Numbered from the stretch's first letter, positions 44,701 through 55,144 are shown. The stretch: DNA of 64,000 nt from an uncultured Pseudobdellovibrionaceae bacterium (GCA_964384335.1 CAYLKN010000001.1:38496-102495), one strand, 5' to 3'. The notes: generated by a model not told the origin, from the letters alone. A program made the numbers and translations.

Positions 44701-44988
44701 GACCAGCTTTACGAGCTTCTGGATGGGCTTTGGGACAAAAATGCGGAAATCATGGATCGTCTTGATTCTGCCCTCGAAAGCAGGGATTTTGCGGACATTA
44801 AGAAGGCTGGCCATGAATTAAAGGGGATGGCCGGAAATTTTGGCCTTTCCCAGATACAGGACATGGCCGATAAACTTGAAAGATATGCCGCGCAAGAACA
44901 TATTGACGAGCTGACCAGACTTATTGCCAATCTGCCGCAGGCAAACAGAACTGTAAAAGAAAAAATTGACCAGTGGGTTGTTGATTGA
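41782..44988 (+). CDS. Hybrid sensor histidine kinase/response regulator with a 7TMR-DISM-type sensor, REC and Hpt domains
   Basis: 1068 aa with a signal peptide, a periplasmic domain, 7 TM helices and a coiled coil. It has an H-box (SHEIRTPMTG), N/G boxes (NLSGNAIKFT, GTGLGLAIS), a REC domain (ILVVDDN…LMDIELPNM) and a C-terminal Hpt (GHELKGMAGNFG). Confidence 0.9.
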   Translation: MRLFFSVLLFSVSFFVLSVPGFIAGQGQISFAQSFPEFTVTLNSRERAYSIVDKAHYIKDNDKTLSLEDARNIFFEKRRYELPGKGLIKTLENNSTYWLLVNIENRTSHEEWILDFGDVFKGRNGSFKDIKIYDANSGAIQFDLNENKDQTLLEGISFSIPPGEDKLAALKISSQGFFPVIHNLTVLAPNNYITEQSAKFTFANLVMFLLALLFFVYLYCFLITKNQAHLYFAGYFIFALFSLIFYEAVFSLPDWLSTALSPILLSGLAICALGYHKENYENVLGLRIGQLLIHTLAGSFVILAIASFITGFGIFFIPAFFHVLLLALLVFNAVLAFTDHNRARESNYVETAGWLAAFAGYFLTAGASYGVLPFSPGFLLPAFWIGVIIQGLLNIADHRNLFSMGDEDALSRGKKQILPMQEQLEALIQEKENTEYKRLLRVVDRERKMMARLREREVEQTEEMRAAKEAADEANRSKSAFLAVISHEIRTPMTGIMGMVKLLQDSKLTKEQHEYAATIEESGDAMLSLLNDLLDFEKIESGKIELELIDFDLHRLIQSIVTLMRGHASIKSNTIKADLDESVPRYVKGDPKRLKQVLLNLSGNAIKFTENGSIRIQVKSLDEDKDETKDMHSLYFSVEDTGIGISKDAQSNLFNPFTQADPSISRKYGGTGLGLAISQRLIQAMGGYIAVNSTEREGSTFFFTISLPRGRSEQVEILETEDDGQGDREGIPLKILVVDDNRINQKVMIGLLERVGHSVVAIGTAVEALQKVEQEIWDVVLMDIELPNMRGDEVAKRIIANKNPDVSDTPIIALTGNVDDEDAKSYREAGMIDVIGKPAKPETLNRVLSKIQPRSGKFQESERPGNNMKGKTGAKMGNSLVSSSDLREETLVVGDDGEMRHTAYKLTENDDDKSFAKINEAFDLEDDEDSDTDQQQPKRQTDENRAADDGEGMSAEEIFNVEMLQSLKDYMDKDQLYELLDGLWDKNAEIMDRLDSALESRDFADIKKAGHELKGMAGNFGLSQIQDMADKLERYAAQEHIDELTRLIANLPQANRTVKEKIDQWVVD

Positions 44989-45000
44989 TTTACTTGCCGT

Positions 45001-45519
45001 ATGGTTATGCAGGCAAGAGGTTCGTCCCGTATTATTCTCAAAGAAACGGTTGTTAGTAAGCAGGGCTGCGCGCAATTTGCCCGTAAATGCGTGGCGGAGC
45101 TTGTAAAAGGGGATATCGTTTGCCTGCATGGTACTCTGGGCGCGGGCAAAACATTTATAGCCAGAGAGATGATCAGAGCGATTACCGGGGATGACCTGGC
45201 CGAAGTTCCAAGTCCGACCTATACACTTGCCCAAACCTATGATTCTCAGGATTTTCGAATATGGCATTTTGACTTCTACCGTCTGGAAGATGCTGAAGAA
45301 ATATATGAAATCGGATGGGATGAGGCGATATCCGGCAATCTTGTCCTGATAGAATGGCCTGAAAAAGCTGAGAATTTAATTCCCGCCTACGCAAAGCATC
45401 TTTATATTGAGTTTGATAAGGCCGATGAGGAGACAGAAAAAAATTTACAGGAAAATGAGACAAGACATCTTATACTGACGGATACAACCAGGGACTTGGA
45501 AAAAGCGCGAAAACCATGA
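45001..45519 (+). CDS. tsaE: tRNA t6A37 biosynthesis ATPase TsaE
   Basis: It reads LHGTLGAGKTFIAREMIRAI…VPSPTYTLAQTY…HFDFYRL, the YjeE/TsaE hallmarks. Confidence 0.85.
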   Translation: MVMQARGSSRIILKETVVSKQGCAQFARKCVAELVKGDIVCLHGTLGAGKTFIAREMIRAITGDDLAEVPSPTYTLAQTYDSQDFRIWHFDFYRLEDAEEIYEIGWDEAISGNLVLIEWPEKAENLIPAYAKHLYIEFDKADEETEKNLQENETRHLILTDTTRDLEKARKP

Positions 45520-46262
45520 AACATGAAAAAGCGGCAGTAAAACAGGCCATAATACTGTGTGCCGGCTATGGCCGCAGAATGGCACCTTTGACTGACAAAA
45601 TGCCAAAGCCGCTTGTCAGTGTTGCGGGCCGTCCAATTCTCGACTACATCCTTGATGGACTGCGTAAAGAGGGAATTGAAAAAATAGTAATGAACACGCA
45701 TTATCATGCGCATCAAATCAAAGATTATGTATCGGGAATTACGGATTCGAAAGCGCCCGAAATTATCATCTCGCATGAAGAAAAACTTCTGAACACCGGG
45801 GGCGGCATTTTGAAAGCCCTGACATATCTGGATGATGATACAGTCTTTGTATTAAGCGGTGATTCCATATGGCATGACAATTACGGTACAACTCTTTTGA
45901 GAAAGATGGAATCAGTCTGGGATCCTCAGAAAATGGATTGCCTGATTGCGCTCCAGAAAACTGACAGGGTAAGAGTTGGAAAAGCAGTCGGGGACTATAA
46001 TATTGACGAAAATGGCAAATGCATAAGAAGTCCTGATAAAACGGGAGACTGTATGTTTACCGGTATACGCATTCTTCACCGCCGATTATTTCCAGAGTGT
46101 ATCCCTGAACAGCCGTTTTCTTTTCTTGATCTGATGGATAAAGCTGAGGGCGGCGGCCGCCTGCACGGTATAATAAACAGTGCGGGTGACTGGTATCATC
46201 TTTCCACACCTGCTGATATCTGTACACTTTCGAACTTGATGCTTGGACGGGTACCGGCCTGA
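45516..46262 (+). CDS. Nucleotidyltransferase family protein (MurU-like sugar-1-phosphate nucleotidyltransferase)
   Basis: It has an AIILCAGYGRRMAPLTDKMPKPLV N-terminal motif. Its position between tsaE and addB matches many alphaproteobacteria. Confidence 0.7.
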   Translation: MKHEKAAVKQAIILCAGYGRRMAPLTDKMPKPLVSVAGRPILDYILDGLRKEGIEKIVMNTHYHAHQIKDYVSGITDSKAPEIIISHEEKLLNTGGGILKALTYLDDDTVFVLSGDSIWHDNYGTTLLRKMESVWDPQKMDCLIALQKTDRVRVGKAVGDYNIDENGKCIRSPDKTGDCMFTGIRILHRRLFPECIPEQPFSFLDLMDKAEGGGRLHGIINSAGDWYHLSTPADICTLSNLMLGRVPA

Positions 46263-46270
46263 ATAGTTTT

Positions 46271-49200
46271 ATGCAGAAAATAGGAAAAAAACCTTCCCTT
46301 TACACAATACCCCCGGGCTATCCTTTCCTGACCTCTCTTGCGAAAGGATTGCTGGAGGAGACGGTGGGCAAAACGGAAGAACTAGGACAATATCTGGTTT
46401 TTTTACCAACGCGCAGGGCGTGCCGGGAGCTGCAGACTGAACTTCTGCGCCTTACGGACGGCAAACCGCTTATTCTTCCCGGAATTCAGCCTTTGGGCGA
46501 TATTGATGCCGATGAGCTGTTTTTTCTGGACGGCAGTGCAGGCGAAACTATTGCAAGGATTCCCCCGCCAATACCGCGAATGAAGCGATTATTCCTTTTA
46601 TCGCGTCTTGTCAGTGCCTTGCCCGGTTATGGTGCGGATCAGATTCAGGCCATGAAACTGGCTGATGCCCTGGGCCGCTTTATTGATCATGTCCATGCCG
46701 AAGGTCTGGATCTTAAAAATCTGGAAACAATCGTATCTGAAGAATTTGCGGAACACTGGCAGATATCACTTGATTATCTGTCTGTACTGGGTAAGGCGTG
46801 GCCGGAGATACTGGCTGAAAACGGTTTTATTGATCCTGCGGATTACAGAAACCGGATATTGAATGCCGCCTCGGGGGCGTTCGAAAATTCACCGCCTTCA
46901 GGGCCTGTAATAGCGGCTGGTTCGACCGGATCGCTGCCGGCTACACGGAACTTTTTAAAGACAATTTCCAGAATGAGCGACGGGCGGGTTATTCTTCCCG
47001 GGCTCAATCAGTATTGCAGTGAGACAATCTGGGAAAATATTGACGAGCTGCATCCGCAATACGCCCTTAAAAATCTTGTTAACACATTGGAAACGGACCG
47101 GAGTGAAATTGAAATCTGGCCGTTTCTGACGGTTCCCGAGGCAGGTTTAAGCCAGCCAGGCCTGACGCGCAAAATAATCGAAACCCGGCAAATGCTTGCC
47201 TCTTGCTTCATGTGCCCGGCGGATACACTCGCCGTCCGGCAAGAAGATAATGGATATGACTCAAGGATTTCAGGAAATAATCTTGAAAAGGCACTTGAAG
47301 ATCTGACCTATTGCGCCTGCATGTCTGAGGAGGAGGAGGCAAAAGTGATTGCACTTATTCTCAGGGAAACCCTTGAAACGCCTCACAAAACTGCGGCTGT
47401 TGTTACACCCGACAGGAAAATTGCCAGGAGAATAATGGCGCAGTGTCTGCGCTGGGGCATTACTATTGAAGACAGTGCGGGGTGCGCCCTTTCACATACA
47501 CGTACAGGTCAGTTTCTGAAAACGGTTATGGACTGTGTGCTGGACAGGTTTTCGCCTTTAACTCTCCTGGCACTTTTAAAACATGAATTCTGCAATCCCG
47601 GAACGGAACCGGAAACGTACAGGCATGTTGTCGGAAATCTTGATTATTATCTGCGGGGATTGAGGCCAGCCGACGGGATTCAGGGTGTTCGTGACAGAAT
47701 ACGCGAAAAGGAAAAAGATCATGACTACGATAAGGCGATATTTTCAGGTATTTACACTTTGCTTGATAAGCTTGAAGAGGCCTTCAGGCCGCTTGCGAAC
47801 ATCTCAGGCAAAGGTGAGGCTCGTTTCTCAGACTGGATCAGCGCGCATCTGGAAGTTTGTGAAACATTGTCATCCTCATACAAAAGATTATGGGGCGATG
47901 ATGAAGGGGAGGCAGCCGCCGGATTTTTTGCGGCCCTTTCAGAAAACTCCGGTTTGACGAAAGAAATGAATGGTCATGCCTATCGTGTGCTTCTTGATCA
48001 TCTCATGAACGATGTTGTCGTACGGCCAAAATTCGGCATGCATCCCAGACTTAAGATATACGGCCAGCTTGAGGCGCGCCTTCTGCATGCGGATGTGCTT
48101 GTCCTTGCAGGACTTAATGAAGGACAGTGGCCGGAAAATCCGGCGGCTGATCCATGGATGTCTCGGCCTATGCGAAAAGCATTTGGTATGACGTTGCAGG
48201 ACATAGGTATCGGCCAGTCGGCACACGATTTTGTGGAGTATTTCTGTGCGCCTCGGGTTATTTTGACCCGTTCGGAAAAAAATGAGGGAATTCCGACCGT
48301 TCCTTCGCGGTGGATACAGCGTCTGAGCATGACCTTGAAAGCTTTTGTCACTGAAGGCAAGGCGAGTAAGGAGCAGGGCTCTGAAGAGTTTGGTCTGGGG
48401 CCGGGGTTTTACATTGAATACGCAAGATCGCTGGATTGCCACCGATCTCCGATTCAGGCCTGGCCAAGACCTTCTCCCCGCCCGCCTGTAAACAAAAGGC
48501 CACGCAGATTGTCGGCAACGAAAATTGAAACATGGATGCGCGACCCTTATGCCCTTTATGCGGAGAAGATTTTGCGCCTTGCAAAGCTCGATCCGCCAGA
48601 CAAGGAACCGGGCGCACTTGAAAAAGGCGTATGGATCCATGATATTCTGGAACGGTTTGTAACGGCGTATCCTGATCAAATGCCAGATAATGCGGCCGAT
48701 ATTCTTTTATCCTATGGCTGGGAATTGCTTGGCGACATGCGTACGGACAAAACGGTTGCGGGATACTGGTGGCCAAGATTTGAAAATATTACACACTGGT
48801 TTGTCCGTAATGAACTGGACAGGCGACAACAATACAGATCCGCAGTAATCGAGGAAAAAGGAAGTACGATTCTGGATGGTCCTGCAGGACCTTTTGAACT
48901 TACCGCAAAGGCGGACAGGATTGACAGATCAATCAGGAACGGTCTGACCCTTATAGATTACAAAACCGGACAGCCGCCCACAAAGAAAGACGTGATAAGA
49001 GGAATTGCGCCGCAGCTCGGAATTGAGGCGTTGATTTTAAAACAAGGGGGGTTTGAAAATTGTGGGGCAGGAGGGGAGATTGAATCTCTTGAGTACTGGG
49101 TCCTGAAAGGGCGCGCGCCGGCAGCGGAGGTTACGGAGATAAATCCGGGAAAAGATAAAACTCTTGATGATTTTGTTTGTTCGGTCGAGGAAGGAATAAC

Positions 49201-49348
49201 AAATCTGGTCAGTGTTTTTGACGATCCGGAAACACCTTATCTGAGTTTGCCCGATCCGGGTGTTGAACCGCCCGATGAATGGCAGGATTACGCGCATCTT
49301 GCACGCGTCAGAGAATGGAAGGTTATGGTCGGAAATGACGAAGGTTGA
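46271..49348 (+). CDS. addB: Double-strand break repair protein AddB (alphaproteobacterial type)
   Basis: 1025 aa, immediately upstream of and overlapping addA. It has a C-terminal PD-(D/E)xK nuclease pattern (ADRIDRS…LIDYKTG). Confidence 0.85.
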   Translation: MQKIGKKPSLYTIPPGYPFLTSLAKGLLEETVGKTEELGQYLVFLPTRRACRELQTELLRLTDGKPLILPGIQPLGDIDADELFFLDGSAGETIARIPPPIPRMKRLFLLSRLVSALPGYGADQIQAMKLADALGRFIDHVHAEGLDLKNLETIVSEEFAEHWQISLDYLSVLGKAWPEILAENGFIDPADYRNRILNAASGAFENSPPSGPVIAAGSTGSLPATRNFLKTISRMSDGRVILPGLNQYCSETIWENIDELHPQYALKNLVNTLETDRSEIEIWPFLTVPEAGLSQPGLTRKIIETRQMLASCFMCPADTLAVRQEDNGYDSRISGNNLEKALEDLTYCACMSEEEEAKVIALILRETLETPHKTAAVVTPDRKIARRIMAQCLRWGITIEDSAGCALSHTRTGQFLKTVMDCVLDRFSPLTLLALLKHEFCNPGTEPETYRHVVGNLDYYLRGLRPADGIQGVRDRIREKEKDHDYDKAIFSGIYTLLDKLEEAFRPLANISGKGEARFSDWISAHLEVCETLSSSYKRLWGDDEGEAAAGFFAALSENSGLTKEMNGHAYRVLLDHLMNDVVVRPKFGMHPRLKIYGQLEARLLHADVLVLAGLNEGQWPENPAADPWMSRPMRKAFGMTLQDIGIGQSAHDFVEYFCAPRVILTRSEKNEGIPTVPSRWIQRLSMTLKAFVTEGKASKEQGSEEFGLGPGFYIEYARSLDCHRSPIQAWPRPSPRPPVNKRPRRLSATKIETWMRDPYALYAEKILRLAKLDPPDKEPGALEKGVWIHDILERFVTAYPDQMPDNAADILLSYGWELLGDMRTDKTVAGYWWPRFENITHWFVRNELDRRQQYRSAVIEEKGSTILDGPAGPFELTAKADRIDRSIRNGLTLIDYKTGQPPTKKDVIRGIAPQLGIEALILKQGGFENCGAGGEIESLEYWVLKGRAPAAEVTEINPGKDKTLDDFVCSVEEGITNLVSVFDDPETPYLSLPDPGVEPPDEWQDYAHLARVREWKVMVGNDEG

Positions 49349-52300
49349 GAAAACGGTAACGGACCATAACCGTGACTTCACGGTTTCTGAATATAACGAT
49401 CCGAATGTCAGCCAGGCGGAGGCCAGTCATCCAGGCCGGTCCGTGTGGGTGGCCGCTTCCGCAGGTACCGGTAAAACGAAAGTCCTGACCGACAGGGTTT
49501 TAAGGCTTCTTCTTCCGGATAAGGCAAACGGACGCATGTATGGGACGCCTCCGCATAAAATATTGTGTCTGACATTTACGAATGCGGCCGCCACGGAAAT
49601 GAAAATCAGAATACAGGACCGTCTGGGTGAATGGGCGGCCATATCCGATACTAAACTGACCGATAAGCTTTTCAAACTGACCGGCGCAAATCCGTGCCAG
49701 GATATGCTGAATACCGCCAGAACACTGTTCGCGCGCGTGCTTGATGCACCGGACGGCATGAAAATCATGACCATTCATGCGTTTTGCCAATCCGTTCTGG
49801 GACGGTTTCCTCTTGAGGCGGGAATAAGTCCGTCCTTTGAAATTATGGATGAGGGCGATTCCTCGGGAATGATTGAAGCTGCACTTGACGATCTCGTAAC
49901 ACTGCCTAACGAAAACAGTCTGGATGAAAACAGCCCGGATGAGGTGAACCGCGCGGTATATCGTGCATTCCGGAATCTGGCGCGAAACTTTGACAAAAAC
50001 AGGATTACAAAATCCGTTAAGACTTTAATGTCCGAAAGAGGGAAGCTGGAACGATTTTTCAGGTTTAATAAGACTGATGAGAGTATAAAAGCAGCAGTTT
50101 GCAAGATTTCTGAAGTTCCCGTGGAGGATCTTGACCGGGATTTGTATGCAGTATTTATCGATGATCTTTTAAAGGAAAGTGAACGGCTTTGGGATTTATG
50201 TCGCACACTTCAGAAATCATCAAAAAGTAATATAGACCTGGGGATCGCTCTTCAGAACTGGTTAGAGCAGGATTTTGAGGATTCGGGAGCGGGATACAGG
50301 GCAATTCAGTCCGTTTTTACATCCTATAAAGGGGAAAAACCAAAAAAGCCAAAAACTTCAATCAGTAAAGCTAATCCCGACTATGATGATTACTGGCTTG
50401 AAACCGCAGGTAAATTTTTAAGATTTGAGGAGTACAGGGCCGGGGTTGAAAGCGCAAAAACTACCGCGGATCTTTTGCTTGTATCATCATATGTTCTTGA
50501 TGCATATCAAGACCGAAAGACCGCTGAAGGCCGTCTGGATTATGACGATATGATTCTAAAAACCCGTGACTTGCTCGCAGGTCAGGTGATTCAGGCAGGG
50601 GACGGCCACTTCATCCCCAATACGCCTTCATGGGTGCTTTATAAACTCGATGGCGGGATAGATCACATTCTCGTGGACGAGGCACAGGATACAAACCCCG
50701 AACAATGGGAGATTATAGGCGCACTGACAAATGAGTTTTTTTCAGGGGCCGGAAGCAGGGACAACATTCTCAGAACCCTGTTCACAGTCGGCGATGAAAA
50801 ACAGTCAATATACAGCTTTCAAAGGGCGGATCCTGCTGAATTCAAAAACCGCTTTGACCATTATGCCGGGATTTCGCATGAGGCGGGTATCGATTTCAGA
50901 CGCGTTAAACTGAATATCTCCTTTCGTTCCACCATACCGGTGCTTAACCTTGTTGACTCTGTTTTTTCCGATCCGGAAATTTCGGAAGGGCTGCGCCTGC
51001 TACCTGATGAAGTGATTGAACACAGGAGTCATCGTTACCAGCACGCAGGCGAAGTAAGCCTATGGCCCCTGATTACCGGAAAAAAGGATAAAGAGGATCA
51101 GTTTTGGCGTGTTCCGGACAGCGTGAAAGAGGTTCAGGATGCAAGTGTCCAGCTGGCGCAGGCCATTGCCGGAAATGTACGCGAGTGGCTGGATAACAAG
51201 GTGCATTTGGAATCCAGGGGGCGTGAGATCAGACCTGGTGATATTATGGTTCTGATGCGCACGCGTTCACCGTTCGTCCATACGCTGATGAAAATCTTTA
51301 AACAGAACAATATTCCTGTAAGCGGTATGGACAGAATGAAGCTGGGTGAGGAAATTGCCGTGCAGGATTTGCTTGTATGCGCGGAGTTTTCTTTCCTTCC
51401 AGGGGATGATCTGGCTTTGGCGACATTTCTAAAATCTCCGCTGATCGGCGTGTCGGAAGAAGAATTGTATGATCTGGCTGCAGGACGCGGCGGGACACTT
51501 TGGGAATCCGTGCGGAAAAATGCATCGGAAAACATAACCGCCTATCTGGATAGTCTGATTAGAACGGTGGCATCGTCAAGACCTTATGATTTTTTTTCGT
51601 CTCTTCTTGTCCGGCCATGTCCTGCGGATCCCGGCGGTTCTGGGATGCGCGCCCTGAAAAGCAGGCTTGGCGGGGATGTGGGGGAAATCCTGGAGGAGTT
51701 TTTAAGCTTCTGTCTGGAGAATGAAAGAAAGGAAAATGTGTCAGTGCATGAGTTTATCCATGAATTTCGAAGGAATCAGAAGGAAATTAAAAGAGAGCCG
51801 CGTGCAAATCCTGATGAAGTTCAGATTATGACAGTGCACGGGGCAAAAGGACTTCAGGCACCCATTGTTTTCCTTCCCGACACAATTCGGTCACCGCAGG
51901 AGAAAGGCAAAAAAAATCCGGATATTCTCTGGGTTCATGCGGATCAGGCTGCATATCCCATATGGGCGCCGGGTAAGAGTTATCAGGGAAAAGTATTTAA
52001 AGAAATACTGGAGGAAAAGAAAACGAGACAGGAAGAGGAGTACAGACGTCTTTTATACGTTGCAATGACACGGGCGGAAGACAGGCTTATCGTTTGCGGT
52101 TACTGCAGACAGTCAAGCAGCGGTTTTGACTGGTATGATATCGTCCGGCGCGGTTTTGAAAGGCTGGATGGTACAACGACAGCCAACCTTCCGTTTTTTC
52201 CGCCCGATGATGACAATGCTCCGCACCAGGCTCTCGTCTACAGATCGTACCAGACAGCACAACCGGACAGGCAGTCTGAAACGACGCCCGGGGAACGTGA

Positions 52301-52907
52301 GAGAATACCATTGCCGGATTGGATATGGGCAAAGCCGGAGAAGGAGCCGTCACCGTCCAGGCCTTTGTCACCCTCCCGTTCCGAGACACAGACCCCACCA
52401 TCTGCGGGCCCGCTTGACTTTGTTGACGATGCCCGCCGGTTTGAGCGCGGGCGCCTGACTCACAGGCTTTTGCAGTTTCTTCCGGGCTGCCCGCACGATC
52501 AGAGAGTGGAAAAGGGAAGAGAGTTCATCAAAATGCAATCTTCGCTTGGTAATGATAAAATCGGTGACGAGATTTTGCAGGAAACGCTTAAAATAATCGA
52601 TCATCATGAATACGCCCCTATATTTGGTCCGGGCTCTCAAGCCGAGGTTCCTGTTACTGGACTTTTAAAAAATAATACTCCTGTTGTTGGTCAGATTGAC
52701 AGGCTGGTTGTCGGTGAAGAAAAAATAATGATTATCGATTACAAAACAAACCGTCCGCCGCCACAAAACGCAGAGGAAATACCTCCCGCCTATGTGGAAC
52801 AGATGCGGAAATATAAAGCACTGCTTACACATATCTATCCGGATCGTGAAGTGAAATGCGCCCTTATCTGGACTTTAGGCCCGGTCTTAATGCCGGTTGA
52901 CGTTTAA
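49335..52907 (+). CDS. addA: Double-strand break repair helicase-nuclease AddA
   Basis: It has UvrD-type motifs (AASAGTGKTKVLTDR, VDEAQDTNPEQW, SFRS, VMTVHGAKGLQAP) and a C-terminal nuclease (GQIDRLVV…IIDYKTN). The ATG at 49335 overlaps the addB stop by 14 nt. The track ORF starts at 49260. Confidence 0.9.
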   Translation: MTKVEKTVTDHNRDFTVSEYNDPNVSQAEASHPGRSVWVAASAGTGKTKVLTDRVLRLLLPDKANGRMYGTPPHKILCLTFTNAAATEMKIRIQDRLGEWAAISDTKLTDKLFKLTGANPCQDMLNTARTLFARVLDAPDGMKIMTIHAFCQSVLGRFPLEAGISPSFEIMDEGDSSGMIEAALDDLVTLPNENSLDENSPDEVNRAVYRAFRNLARNFDKNRITKSVKTLMSERGKLERFFRFNKTDESIKAAVCKISEVPVEDLDRDLYAVFIDDLLKESERLWDLCRTLQKSSKSNIDLGIALQNWLEQDFEDSGAGYRAIQSVFTSYKGEKPKKPKTSISKANPDYDDYWLETAGKFLRFEEYRAGVESAKTTADLLLVSSYVLDAYQDRKTAEGRLDYDDMILKTRDLLAGQVIQAGDGHFIPNTPSWVLYKLDGGIDHILVDEAQDTNPEQWEIIGALTNEFFSGAGSRDNILRTLFTVGDEKQSIYSFQRADPAEFKNRFDHYAGISHEAGIDFRRVKLNISFRSTIPVLNLVDSVFSDPEISEGLRLLPDEVIEHRSHRYQHAGEVSLWPLITGKKDKEDQFWRVPDSVKEVQDASVQLAQAIAGNVREWLDNKVHLESRGREIRPGDIMVLMRTRSPFVHTLMKIFKQNNIPVSGMDRMKLGEEIAVQDLLVCAEFSFLPGDDLALATFLKSPLIGVSEEELYDLAAGRGGTLWESVRKNASENITAYLDSLIRTVASSRPYDFFSSLLVRPCPADPGGSGMRALKSRLGGDVGEILEEFLSFCLENERKENVSVHEFIHEFRRNQKEIKREPRANPDEVQIMTVHGAKGLQAPIVFLPDTIRSPQEKGKKNPDILWVHADQAAYPIWAPGKSYQGKVFKEILEEKKTRQEEEYRRLLYVAMTRAEDRLIVCGYCRQSSSGFDWYDIVRRGFERLDGTTTANLPFFPPDDDNAPHQALVYRSYQTAQPDRQSETTPGERERIPLPDWIWAKPEKEPSPSRPLSPSRSETQTPPSAGPLDFVDDARRFERGRLTHRLLQFLPGCPHDQRVEKGREFIKMQSSLGNDKIGDEILQETLKIIDHHEYAPIFGPGSQAEVPVTGLLKNNTPVVGQIDRLVVGEEKIMIIDYKTNRPPPQNAEEIPPAYVEQMRKYKALLTHIYPDREVKCALIWTLGPVLMPVDV

Positions 52908-52975
52908 ACGGCCTTTGTATGTAATACATTGAAACTTTTAACAAAGTGACATGCATAAACATAAAGAAAATAGTC

Positions 52976-53914
52976 ATGTTTGACGGTCGGCAAAGCAGAA
53001 AATTCGAAGATCCCTTCATAACGGCCGAGGGGAAACCAAGGGCGTACATCCGTCCGGACGAACTGGAAACTCTTTGGTTTAACACAGGTACATTGTGCAA
53101 TATTGAATGCAAAAACTGCTACATCGAATCCTCACCGCGCAATGATCGGCTTGTTTATATAACCTTTGAGGAGGTTTGCGCTTTTCTTGATGAAATCCGG
53201 GAGTTTGATTTAAAAACCCGGCAAATCGGACTGACAGGAGGGGAGCCGTTTATGAACCGTGATATCATCAAAATTATATCGGAGTCACTGGAAAGAGGCT
53301 TTGAAACTCTTGTTCTGACCAATGCGATGCGGCCCATGATGCGTTTTCAGGATGAACTGATTCGATTGAAAAACACATATGGTGACAAACTTGTGATGCG
53401 TGTATCTGTTGATCATTACAGACCGGAACTGCATGAGGATGAGCGTGGTCCAAAAACGTGGGAGCCGATGTTAAAAGGCCTTAAATGGTTGTCTGACAAC
53501 AATTTTACGATGGATATTGCGGGGCGCACGCGCTGGAATGAGGATGAGAAGGATCTCAGAAAAGGCTATGCTGCTTTTTTTAAAGAACATGCCATTGATC
53601 TGGATGCGGATGATACCCGAAAACTGGTCTTGTTTCCTGAAATGGAAGAAAAGGCGGATGTGCCCGAGATTACAACTGACTGCTGGAATATTCTTGGCAT
53701 TACTCCGCAATCCATTATGTGCTCGAATTCCCGAATGGTAATCAAGCGTAAAGGGGATTACAGGCCGTCGGTGCAGGCTTGTACGCTTTTGCCGTATGAA
53801 AAGGAATTTGAATTGGGCCGCAGCCTTAAAGAAAGTTTAAAGGACGTTTACCTCAATCATCCCCATTGTTCAAAATTCTGCGTTCTGGGTGGCGGCTCAT
53901 GCACTAAAGCCTGA
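52976..53914 (+). CDS. Radical SAM protein with a Cys-rich C-terminus
   Basis: It has CNIECKNCY (CxxxCxxC) near the N-terminus, a GGEPF motif and a C-terminal HCSKFCVLGGGSC. The start is either ATG 52976 or GTG 52946. Confidence 0.75.
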   Translation: MFDGRQSRKFEDPFITAEGKPRAYIRPDELETLWFNTGTLCNIECKNCYIESSPRNDRLVYITFEEVCAFLDEIREFDLKTRQIGLTGGEPFMNRDIIKIISESLERGFETLVLTNAMRPMMRFQDELIRLKNTYGDKLVMRVSVDHYRPELHEDERGPKTWEPMLKGLKWLSDNNFTMDIAGRTRWNEDEKDLRKGYAAFFKEHAIDLDADDTRKLVLFPEMEEKADVPEITTDCWNILGITPQSIMCSNSRMVIKRKGDYRPSVQACTLLPYEKEFELGRSLKESLKDVYLNHPHCSKFCVLGGGSCTKA

Positions 53915-53930
53915 ACCGGCGAATTCAGGT

Positions 53931-55031
53931 TCAATTGGTTTTAAGAGCAGGGTCCTGTTTCAGATCTGCGTAAAGGCTTCGCATTTCCTGTGTCTGCATG
54001 TCATCATGTCCGTAAAAATCCTCAAAACGTGTTATGGCAGATTGCAGGATTTCAGAAGCCGCACCTTTCATGCCTTTATCCGCGTAAATCTGTGCAATTT
54101 CTTTTTGAAGAAATCCAATCGCCCTGTCATGCGGTTCACTTGTCTGGCTTCTGATCCCCAGGGCTTTTTGATAATGTTGCAATGCTTTATCGTTGTTAAA
54201 AGATAAACGCTCAATCATACCAAGCTTTGTATACAGTTTTACAAGTGCAGGATTTTCGTCGGCCGCAAGCTCTTCATACCGTCTGATAAGCATTTCAATA
54301 AGGTTTGCAGCACTTTCAATATTTTTCTGTTTAAATGCTTTTAAGGCTCTCTGATGCATAACCGAAAGCTCAAAGCGTCTCAGAAAATCAATATCTTCAT
54401 ATCTTTCGGGTTCACCTTCTGAAAGCACTGCTGCCGACCCTTCACCGCCTGGTGATATTGCCGCACGAATCATTGAAAGTTTTTCGAGTTTAACGGAAGC
54501 CTCCTGAAAGTGTACGGATTCCCGATTATTCACTTCATCTTTTGCCATGGCGTAATACTGCGATGCTTTTGCGTATAATCCACTCCTTTCATAAGTCTTT
54601 CCCAGACTGATATAAGTCGCCGCAAGACGGTTTTTTGTACTTGCTTCCGAATAATTTCTGGCTGCTCTTAAAAGGATATGTTCAGCTTTTTTGTAAAGCC
54701 CTTCATTGTAATAAATATAGCCGATATCCTCGAATAAAGCCGCGTGTATAAACAAGCGCGCTTTTTCGTTGTCTTTTGCAGTTTCATGAACAAGTTTTTC
54801 CAGTGAGCTGACGGCCTCACGGTAGTTTTGTCCGGGTTCTTCCGGGGCATATTCTTTGTTTTTGTAAGCCGACAGGATATGAAGCCGTTTTATCTCAAGC
54901 GATTTTACAAATTCGGAGATTGTGCTGTTTGTTCCGGTATCTTTGGCAGCAGCTGTGCTCAGCACTGGCCCCTCGGCCACGCCGGCGTAAAGCCCAAAAC
55001 CGCATAATAGAATAAGCAGCATACGCAACAT
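53931..55031 (-). CDS. Secreted tetratricopeptide-repeat protein
   Basis: It has a signal peptide (MLRMLLILLCGFGLYAGVAEG) and repeated 34-aa units with A..YY/LG..Y...G.Y.KA patterns. The ATG at 55031 follows AAGGGG. Confidence 0.7.
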   Translation of the reverse strand: MLRMLLILLCGFGLYAGVAEGPVLSTAAAKDTGTNSTISEFVKSLEIKRLHILSAYKNKEYAPEEPGQNYREAVSSLEKLVHETAKDNEKARLFIHAALFEDIGYIYYNEGLYKKAEHILLRAARNYSEASTKNRLAATYISLGKTYERSGLYAKASQYYAMAKDEVNNRESVHFQEASVKLEKLSMIRAAISPGGEGSAAVLSEGEPERYEDIDFLRRFELSVMHQRALKAFKQKNIESAANLIEMLIRRYEELAADENPALVKLYTKLGMIERLSFNNDKALQHYQKALGIRSQTSEPHDRAIGFLQKEIAQIYADKGMKGAASEILQSAITRFEDFYGHDDMQTQEMRSLYADLKQDPALKTN

Positions 55032-55144
55032 GCACGCGCCCCTTTTAAACACGAAAATTATAACTATGATGGCAAGGTACAATCACGATGGAAGGTTTTC
55101 CAAATCTGTTTTCGGGATTTCCGGGTTTATCCAGAGGAAATTCC

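Noticed and set aside
49260-49334. The upstream extension of addA starts at 49260 in the track.
   Set aside because: It would overlap addB by 89 nt. The ATG at 49335 gives the usual short addB/addA coupling overlap.
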